The notes beneath the pieces are model-generated. The model was not told the DNA's origin and searched no databases. It worked only from the letters and a program-made list of their open reading frames with translations. The translations under genes were made by a program, and so were the position numbers. A stretch of 30,582 bases of DNA from a virus. The DNA lies in the IMG/VR virus record IMGVR_UViG_3300025626_000085, positions 1 to 30,582 of that record; one strand, given 5' to 3'. Shown one piece after another: positions 24,643 to 30,582 of the stretch (positions are counted from its first letter, which is position 1; every line of letters starts with the position of its first letter).

Positions 24643-27600
24643 TTATATTATGTTAAATTGGTTACCATCCCACATCATTGTCACACTGTCTCCATTATTT
24701 GTTAATGTGTAAGTGTTATTTCCGTCTATAGTTGATAAGATTTGACTAGCGTCTATTACAACTTGATTTGTTGAATGTAATTTCTTAAATGTCCATATTT
24801 TACCAACATGAGGTAAACTATTATTAGTTTCATAATCTGCCTCAAACGTAGCGTCTACACTACCCAATTGAGTATCTACTAAATATGTCCTTATATTTTC
24901 ATTAGGTACAAAGTCAGCACTTACAGTTTCAAAACTTCCACTTCCTTGTATTTCATCATTTACATAAATGACATTAGATTCTGTTACAGTTTGATTATTA
25001 GAATTAGTTAGTTGTACATTTTTAACTCCAGAAGCTATAGTATTTCCAGAGCCTTGGATTATTATATTACTAGTACCTGAATAAACTTTATTACTGTCTC
25101 CATTAATATTAGTGCCTAAAGCTGAGGAGCTTACATAGTTATTAGAACCAACTACAGCCCTTGCAGAAGTAGTGTTGGTATTAATACCTGTATTTCCGTT
25201 AGTTGATGTTCCTGTGCCATTTGAAAAAGTTGGTGTTCTTTTTCCGCCTATTTCTTTAACTCCTCCGTTTGAAGATTGTGTAGAGAAATTAAAAACTGTA
25301 GCTTCTTTTATTTTAAGAAATTCACATTTAGTAAGTGGATTCGATGGGTTGTAGTTCTCTATTTTATTTAGTCTAAAATATTGACCCTCAAAATAATATT
25401 GTTTTTTAAAACTTAAATTAGCTATATCATTTGGAGTTAAATAAAAACACGCATTAACTATTTTAGAGTTTGGGTCTGTGATTTCTTCTATAAACTTTTT
25501 ATAGTATTTATTATATAAGTTATTGTTGTTAAAAGTTATTATATTATTAAAAACATTAGACCAGTAAACTTCTTTAGTTAATCCAAAAGCTAAATCCTCA
25601 GTAGGATTAAAAGGGTCATCATACATCCCAGCGTAAGGATAATCACTTCTATTAGTTGAACCACTTGAGTCTCTGTGTTTATAAGTTTGTACACTACTTT
25701 TAAGTCCAGCCCATTGTAATATCCTAATGTTAGACTGAAACCTAGATACACCATTTTGACTGTTAAATTTTAAAATGAATGGAATTATTCGGTCAGACTG
25801 TAATAGTCCAACACTTGTAGTAGGTGAAAAAATAAGTTCTGTTTTATTAGTGTTTTTTAAAAAATCATTATTGACATCTTCTTCAAATTGACCGTAAACA
25901 TCTCCCCAAGTTTCATTATATAAACTATTATAGTAGTCATTGTCTTGTTTATATGTATATAAATATTTACTACTATTTAAAGCTCCCATAGGTTTAAACT
26001 CTATGTCTTGGCTTTTATCTATTTTACTGCTCCAGTCAATTACTTGATTATTGTAAAAGTCATCCCTTGGCTCTATTAATAAATTTTTTTCATTTGTATT
26101 GTCAGAACTTATATACAGATTAAACATTTTTACAATAGACATTATAAAGTCTTTTTGTTTTATTTTGACTGGAATTGTTGAATTCATGTCTATAGTGTCC
26201 CCTTCTGTGTAAGAAGTGTTTACAACATTGTTATTAAAATAACTATTAATTACGTTAACTTTAAAAGAATTATTAGCAGCTCCATAAACATTATTAGAAC
26301 TATCTCTCCAAAAGACAAAACGTGACCTTGGATAGCCAGTGTCTATATCATCTTGGTTTATATTTCTACATTCATATAATAACTCTATTTTTATTTTCTC
26401 ACCATCATTTAAAGTAATATTGTCAACATTTACAAATATTTTATTTGGAGGACTTCCAGGCAATAAACCTAATAAATCTACGTATGCTGGACTATCTAAT
26501 GTAACATCTATATATTGAGAACTATTTAAAGATGGTGTATTGTCTGTTGTTACAGTTGTGTTTGGAGCAATGCCTCCAGGACCTGGACTAATACCAAAAG
26601 ACTTTTCATCTAATGTGCTTATAAAAGTATTTGATGAACTATACTTATTTACTCTTACATATCCATGAATTACAGAAATTGGAAAATAATTTGTTCCAGC
26701 TGTTGGATTTGACGTTGGAGTTGTGAACGACCCTGTTAATTGTAACATAGCAGAAATGTTATAAGTTCCACCTCCATTGACAGTATATATTCCAGTAGTG
26801 TTGTCATAGACATCATTAGAGTCAAACAACTCAGTTTGATTTACAATAGTATCACTTTGAAAAGTTGTTATGTCATTATATTGACCTGAGAAAGTACTAG
26901 AATTTTCTGAGCCTGTTCCTAGGAATTTAGGGTCATTAGCACTAAATATTTTGTCGTCTATATTAGTTGCTGTTAGTTTAAAGTCCTCACTAGAAAAAGG
27001 AATAATTAAAGTATTAAAATAATCACTATTAAAAAAACTAGAGGTGTAAGTAAAGCCAGCTGCGTCAAAAATACTGTCAATATATTTTTTAGCTTTTATA
27101 GCTGGAAAAAAATCTTCAACATCCCAAAAAGGATTGCTAGTCAAAATGTTTTGGTTATATCCATAGTCTATCATAGGATATACATAGTCAGTAGTTAAAG
27201 GAAGATTCCAAGTTGCTACCTGGTTAGCTTTTGTGTAAGCATGATTTAAACTACTAAAATTTAAGTCTGTTAACTCCTTATCTTCTAAAGAATTAAAGAA
27301 ATTTCCTATTCTACCAATGATAATACAATCATAACTTATTAATCCATTTTTATTCTTAATAGATTTTAGTTGTAAATATCCATCTAACTGTAGTTCACCA
27401 TTTACTAAATAAATTACATCTGTTTTTAAATTAGGGTTGAAAGTCTGTAAGTCTGTATTTATATCAAATATATGTTCAAAGATTTTATTAATTTTTTTAC
27501 TAGCTGGCAAAGTAATAGTTTTAGAAAAGTCTGCTTTTCTTTGGTCAGGATTTGCAATGTCAGCAATATTAAAAGTTAAGTTAGGATTTAACGAATCTAA

Positions 27601-27645
27601 TAACTCTACATTTTCTCCATTTATATATAGTTCTTCTTTTACCAT
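24643..27645 (-). CDS. Large tail tip/baseplate protein with C-terminal beta-helix-like repeats
   Basis: 1000 aa. N-terminus LYINGENVELLDSLNPNLTFNIADIANPDQRKADFSKTITLP resembles distal-tail/hub proteins. Its C-terminal quarter has short G/S/N-rich repeats (GSNNYV, GDSNKV, GTSNII, GSGNTI). Confidence 0.6.
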   Translation of the reverse strand: MVKEELYINGENVELLDSLNPNLTFNIADIANPDQRKADFSKTITLPASKKINKIFEHIFDINTDLQTFNPNLKTDVIYLVNGELQLDGYLQLKSIKNKNGLISYDCIIIGRIGNFFNSLEDKELTDLNFSSLNHAYTKANQVATWNLPLTTDYVYPMIDYGYNQNILTSNPFWDVEDFFPAIKAKKYIDSIFDAAGFTYTSSFFNSDYFNTLIIPFSSEDFKLTATNIDDKIFSANDPKFLGTGSENSSTFSGQYNDITTFQSDTIVNQTELFDSNDVYDNTTGIYTVNGGGTYNISAMLQLTGSFTTPTSNPTAGTNYFPISVIHGYVRVNKYSSSNTFISTLDEKSFGISPGPGGIAPNTTVTTDNTPSLNSSQYIDVTLDSPAYVDLLGLLPGSPPNKIFVNVDNITLNDGEKIKIELLYECRNINQDDIDTGYPRSRFVFWRDSSNNVYGAANNSFKVNVINSYFNNNVVNTSYTEGDTIDMNSTIPVKIKQKDFIMSIVKMFNLYISSDNTNEKNLLIEPRDDFYNNQVIDWSSKIDKSQDIEFKPMGALNSSKYLYTYKQDNDYYNSLYNETWGDVYGQFEEDVNNDFLKNTNKTELIFSPTTSVGLLQSDRIIPFILKFNSQNGVSRFQSNIRILQWAGLKSSVQTYKHRDSSGSTNRSDYPYAGMYDDPFNPTEDLAFGLTKEVYWSNVFNNIITFNNNNLYNKYYKKFIEEITDPNSKIVNACFYLTPNDIANLSFKKQYYFEGQYFRLNKIENYNPSNPLTKCEFLKIKEATVFNFSTQSSNGGVKEIGGKRTPTFSNGTGTSTNGNTGINTNTTSARAVVGSNNYVSSSALGTNINGDSNKVYSGTSNIIIQGSGNTIASGVKNVQLTNSNNQTVTESNVIYVNDEIQGSGSFETVSADFVPNENIRTYLVDTQLGSVDATFEADYETNNSLPHVGKIWTFKKLHSTNQVVIDASQILSTIDGNNTYTLTNNGDSVTMMWDGNQFNII

Positions 27646-27758
27646 TATCCGCTACAGCTTTCACAGTTTTCATCGTCAATATTGCATGTCCTTTCTGGAA
27701 CTGTTTTATTTTCTAATTCCTTTAACATCTTTTCAAATTCTGTTAATTTTTCTTCCAT
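27645..27758 (-). CDS. Small Cys-rich protein (37 aa)
   Basis: Hand translation: MEEKLTEFEKMLKELENKTVPERTCNIDDENCESCSG. TAATG overlaps at both ends. Confidence 0.45.
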   Translation of the reverse strand: MEEKLTEFEKMLKELENKTVPERTCNIDDENCESCSG

Positions 27759-29086
27759 TAAAATGATTGTCTTATGTTGTCAATACCAAACTCTAAATTT
27801 ACTTCTAAATTAAATACTTTGTCTACACTAGAAACCTTTTCTTCCCAATTACCTTCAATGTTTTTAACTGGGATTCGTCTAATTTCTGTACTTCCTGACG
27901 GTGCTGTATAGCTATCCATTAAATAAATCTCAGGACTTTCTATAAGTTCTAATAACCAATTATAAGTATTGTAGTCAATCCAGTCAGAAGTTAGTTTGAT
28001 TTTGGGCATAGACTTAGTATAGTATTGAACTTTTTCTCTATTACTTATAGAATAGTTTATACTACCATCTGTCTCTAAATCATTTGATGTAGTTTGAAAA
28101 AACTTTCTCTCTATATCTTCACTATGTCTAGAAACTTTAGTAAAGTTAAAATAATCAAAACCACCCAAACTATTTAAAAACTCTAGTCTCCTAGTTTCAA
28201 ATCTACATTCTGAGTCTATATTATAATAAAATCTTTCAGAAGCTAAAGAGCTTGAATTTAATAAGTTTATTTTATAAGAAGCAGCACTAGAAGAAATAAT
28301 AGGTTGACTTCCACTAGCTATCATTGAGCCACTAACTTTATTTAAAGAAGCTGGAGCAACTGGTATAGCTATATGACTAAATGAACTAAGACTAGGAACA
28401 TTTAAAGTAGTTGTTGAAATTGATACTCCACTAGAGTTGTACTCTTCTATTGACACTTGAGTTATTGGGTCATTAGCAAAATCTAACAAAGAGTATAAAT
28501 ATCCCTCATCTGTTAACATTACTTTTTGATTATTTGGGTTTAACTCTTCACCACCATTAGGACTATTAGTCAAAAACTTTCTAGCTCCTCCATTGTCTGT
28601 GTATTTCTGATAGTAGTTATTGTATTGCCAATCATAGAAATTAACCACGTCTCTTCTATATCTAGGTAAACTACCATTAAAAGTTGTTAGGTCATAAGAA
28701 GTACCAGTAGTAGTGTCTGGAAATGTTACAGTCTGTGGAATGTCATAAGTTGCAGAACCTGTGTTAAAATGTACCCAACCAAATTCCAAAGTAAAATCTT
28801 TAAAAGAATCTGTATTTCCATAAACAGAAGTTAAAGAACTACCTAAAGTTCCCAAGTTGCTATATATATAACTTTGCATTATTCCAGACAAATCAAATCT
28901 TCCATAACCGTTTGTAGTTGGTGGAACTTTTAATCTACCTAATAAAGTTGAACCATCCTTAACATCAATTAAATAAGCAAATCCAGGGTAGTTTCTTGTA
29001 GCATTTATTGACTCATATAAAACAACCTCTACAGGATTGTAAACTGTTCTAAATTGTTGTGGTAGATATTTAATTTGTAAACTCAT
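27758..29086 (-). CDS. Tail structural protein (unknown role)
   Basis: 442 aa, ATGA-coupled within the tail module. Confidence 0.55.
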   Translation of the reverse strand: MSLQIKYLPQQFRTVYNPVEVVLYESINATRNYPGFAYLIDVKDGSTLLGRLKVPPTTNGYGRFDLSGIMQSYIYSNLGTLGSSLTSVYGNTDSFKDFTLEFGWVHFNTGSATYDIPQTVTFPDTTTGTSYDLTTFNGSLPRYRRDVVNFYDWQYNNYYQKYTDNGGARKFLTNSPNGGEELNPNNQKVMLTDEGYLYSLLDFANDPITQVSIEEYNSSGVSISTTTLNVPSLSSFSHIAIPVAPASLNKVSGSMIASGSQPIISSSAASYKINLLNSSSLASERFYYNIDSECRFETRRLEFLNSLGGFDYFNFTKVSRHSEDIERKFFQTTSNDLETDGSINYSISNREKVQYYTKSMPKIKLTSDWIDYNTYNWLLELIESPEIYLMDSYTAPSGSTEIRRIPVKNIEGNWEEKVSSVDKVFNLEVNLEFGIDNIRQSF

Positions 29087-29661
29087 TTCTTTAATATTTC
29101 TTTTAATCCTTTTGCTACTCTTTCACCAGATACTATTCTAATATCTGTTTTAAACTTGTTAAAAGCCTCACCATAGAAAGTCTCTTGCATACAATTGTCA
29201 AAAAAGTAACGTGGTCTAATTCCAGTTCTAGCAATAGAGTTTCTTACTGCATATTCGTTTAGTCCTTTGCTTTTAGCCCATTGTCTAACATGACTAACGC
29301 TAGGACCTTTCTTAAACTGATATGGACTATTAGGTGCTTTAATAACCCAAGGTTGACCTTTCTTGTCTCCACTCTTTCTAACTCCTCCAATACCTTTAAC
29401 ACCTTGATTAAGATAGTCGTAATAGTCAGCTAGATATAATGTAGCAACCATTCTAAATCCAAACATTTTAACAGGCATTCTTATAGACTTCTGTAAACTA
29501 CCTTTATATACTAACCCCTCTTTTTGAACAGATTGCTGTAAACAATAAACCATGTCAGCTGCAATGTTATTAAACACCTGACTCAATGTAGTAGGATTGT
29601 CTATTTTAACTTCCTCTAACTGGTCAACATCAAAACCAAATATGTCTAATTGGTCAGCCAT
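29083..29661 (-). CDS. Virion protein, possibly HK97 gp10-like tail completion protein
   Basis: 192 aa. YYDYLNQGVKG and GIRPRYFFD are loosely reminiscent of gp10-family proteins. Weak call. Confidence 0.35.
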   Translation of the reverse strand: MADQLDIFGFDVDQLEEVKIDNPTTLSQVFNNIAADMVYCLQQSVQKEGLVYKGSLQKSIRMPVKMFGFRMVATLYLADYYDYLNQGVKGIGGVRKSGDKKGQPWVIKAPNSPYQFKKGPSVSHVRQWAKSKGLNEYAVRNSIARTGIRPRYFFDNCMQETFYGEAFNKFKTDIRIVSGERVAKGLKEILKK

Positions 29662-29900
29662 TATCTATGTTTATACTTTTGTTTCATTTCTCTTTGGACC
29701 TGTTGTTCCATCTTTTGTTTATCACTATAATAAGCTACTATGTTTAAAGCTTTAGTTATATCCCAGTTTAGTATCTCATCCCATTTGTCTATCCTACTAT
29801 TAGTCAAATTGTCTAAGGTGTGCCACCACCCCCAACGTTCACCAAATCCAGTTCCTCCCTTGCTTCCTTCGTCATCTTCTCTGCTTCCTGCATCAAACAA
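29661..29900 (-). CDS. -1 frame extension ORF (T-like part of a frameshifted tail assembly chaperone)
   Basis: It overlaps the upstream ORF by 88 nt in the -1 frame and has no ATG (the track uses TTG). The -1 frame is open back to about 29985. Confidence 0.5.
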   Translation of the reverse strand: MFDAGSREDDEGSKGGTGFGERWGWWHTLDNLTNSRIDKWDEILNWDITKALNIVAYYSDKQKMEQQVQREMKQKYKHR

Positions 29901-30457
29901 GTTTTTATAGCTTTTGTTAAGTCCTCCGAGTGAGTGTAAAAAAAAACACCTATTGGGTAAGCTATTGTCATTGGCATATTATTTAGAAAGTTGTCTGCTG
30001 TCTTTCTAAGGACCTCACTATCTACCTCAATATGTTTCCAACCAAATACAGTTTTTTTAACTGGTCTGCAAATAGTAGTTAGTATATGATGCAAATTATT
30101 AAATATTGCTTCCTCATCATCCTTAGCATTTTGTAGAATCTCCATGCTGTTAATATACTCTCCAAATAATAACTTTTTAGCATCTACTTTAAACTCATAC
30201 CATTGACCACCAATTTTAAACCTTTTGTCTTTTAGTTGTTTAGGAAGTTCTGTTTCTAAGAAACTCATTTTCTTTTTAATAGACTTATACTGCTTTAAAC
30301 TAATATTCTTTATAACATCTCTTTTCTGTCCTGTTAAGACTGCTAGAATGTTGACTACTCTTTCTATAGGGTTTAGTTTAGAGTTTAGTACTGGTCTTAG
30401 GTTGATGTAATTTCCTATTGTCACATCTTCCCACTTTGTAGGGATTGTAATTTCCAT
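29813..30457 (-). CDS. Putative tail assembly chaperone (G-like)
   Basis: 214 aa, first gene of the tail operon. A T9 slippery run lies in frame at codons 171-174, and the overlapping -1 ORF is downstream. Confidence 0.5.
   Translation of the reverse strand: MEITIPTKWEDVTIGNYINLRPVLNSKLNPIERVVNILAVLTGQKRDVIKNISLKQYKSIKKKMSFLETELPKQLKDKRFKIGGQWYEFKVDAKKLLFGEYINSMEILQNAKDDEEAIFNNLHHILTTICRPVKKTVFGWKHIEVDSEVLRKTADNFLNNMPMTIAYPIGVFFYTHSEDLTKAIKTCLMQEAEKMTKEAREELDLVNVGGGGTP
29936..29946 (-). promoter_or_regulatory. Candidate -1 programmed frameshift site (GGT GTT TTT TTT TAC; 9 consecutive T on the coding strand)
   Basis: The A9 run on plus at 29938-29946 supplies a U UUU UUU / U UUU UUA heptamer in the zero frame. 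The -1 frame has no stop from here to 29661. Confidence 0.45.
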
Positions 30458-30582
30458 AATTGTATATATAACAAATTTATTAATTATAACAAAACACTAA
30501 AATAAATATTTAAATTAAAATACTAAACAACTAAACACTAACTAAAATAATAACTCACAATGACTGAGAACACTATTTAAAT
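30456..30582. repeat. Right copy of the exact 127-bp terminal direct repeat
   Basis: Identical to 1-127. It begins inside the start codon of the gene at 29813..30457. Confidence 0.95.
30463..30479 (-). promoter_or_regulatory. Candidate promoter of the tail operon: TAAATTTG (exact TAnnTTTG match) within the shared 15-mer
   Basis: The minus strand reads TAAATTTGTTATATATACAATTATG. The box ends 14 nt before the ATG. The 15-mer is repeated at 21637-21651. Confidence 0.35.

Larger units (their letters stand above)
1..30455 (-). mobile_element. Complete tailed dsDNA phage genome (one unit length); all genes on the minus strand
   Basis: Terminase, portal, capsid, tape-measure-like, fibre, lysis and replication/recombination genes are all present. 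The window ends are an exact 127-bp overlap. Confidence 0.85.

Noticed and set aside
1339-30410. All plus-strand ORFs in the supplied track (1339..1584, 3063..3299, 5979..6185, 6466..6792, 7886..8146, 10076..10525, 11164..11370, 11716..11955, 16707..16958, 17428..17712, 20438..20698, 21353..21595, 21684..21926, 22124..22324, 23788..24216, 24286..24705, 25172..25354, 27437..27766, 30225..30410)
   Set aside because: Each lies antisense inside a longer minus-strand ORF that has recognisable motifs. Their translations are low-complexity and rich in Ser, Leu, Phe and Ile, as expected for the reverse strand of AT-rich coding DNA. None has its own spacer or signal.
1-30455. Lysogeny module (integrase, attP, CI-like repressor) or toxin-antitoxin/defence island
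   Set aside because: No ORF shows tyrosine- or serine-recombinase motifs, and no gene is divergently transcribed. The only repressor-like gene is the small RHH at the head of the early operon. The phage therefore looks virulent, or at least non-integrative.

Overview
The window is a complete, closed genome of a tailed dsDNA bacteriophage. The unit length is 30,455 bp, because the first 127 bp are repeated exactly at the 3' end. It is very AT-rich, and every credible gene lies on the minus strand. Genes are packed tightly with ATGA/TAATG start-stop overlaps and have A-rich leaders without Shine-Dalgarno sequences. Reading the minus strand from 30457 down to 558:
(1) A tail module: two overlapping ORFs that look like a -1 frameshifted tail assembly chaperone, several large tail proteins and a tape-measure-like protein.
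(2) A head module: XkdF-like protease, acidic scaffold, major capsid protein, then a probable tail tube protein bracketed by GC-rich terminator hairpins.
(3) The portal and small head-tail joining genes.
(4) Two adjacent fibre or adhesin genes carrying four LamG (concanavalin-like) modules plus cysteine-containing Ig-like repeats of the kind seen in Bacteroidota surface adhesins.
(5) A lysis cassette with an M15 peptidase and a holin-like protein.
(6) A stand-alone metallophosphoesterase gene.
(7) An early operon starting with a ribbon-helix-helix gene. It encodes an exonuclease / Rad52-like annealase / SSB-like recombination set, a DnaB-like helicase with a DUF1376-like protein, a PD-(D/E)XK resolvase-like nuclease, an ECF-like sigma factor, a MazG/DUF1599-like protein, and the small and large terminase subunits.
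A 430-bp non-coding region (128-557) holds an inverted repeat, 5-bp and 11-bp tandem repeats and two terminator hairpins. No integrase, tRNA, CRISPR array or reverse transcriptase is visible. The adhesin-type repeats, the missing SD sequences and TAnnTTTG-like boxes point to a Bacteroidota (Flavobacteriia-like) host, but that is inference. I found eight extra small ORFs below the 60-aa cutoff of the ORF track by hand translation. All functional calls rest on motifs I recognise by eye, not on searches.
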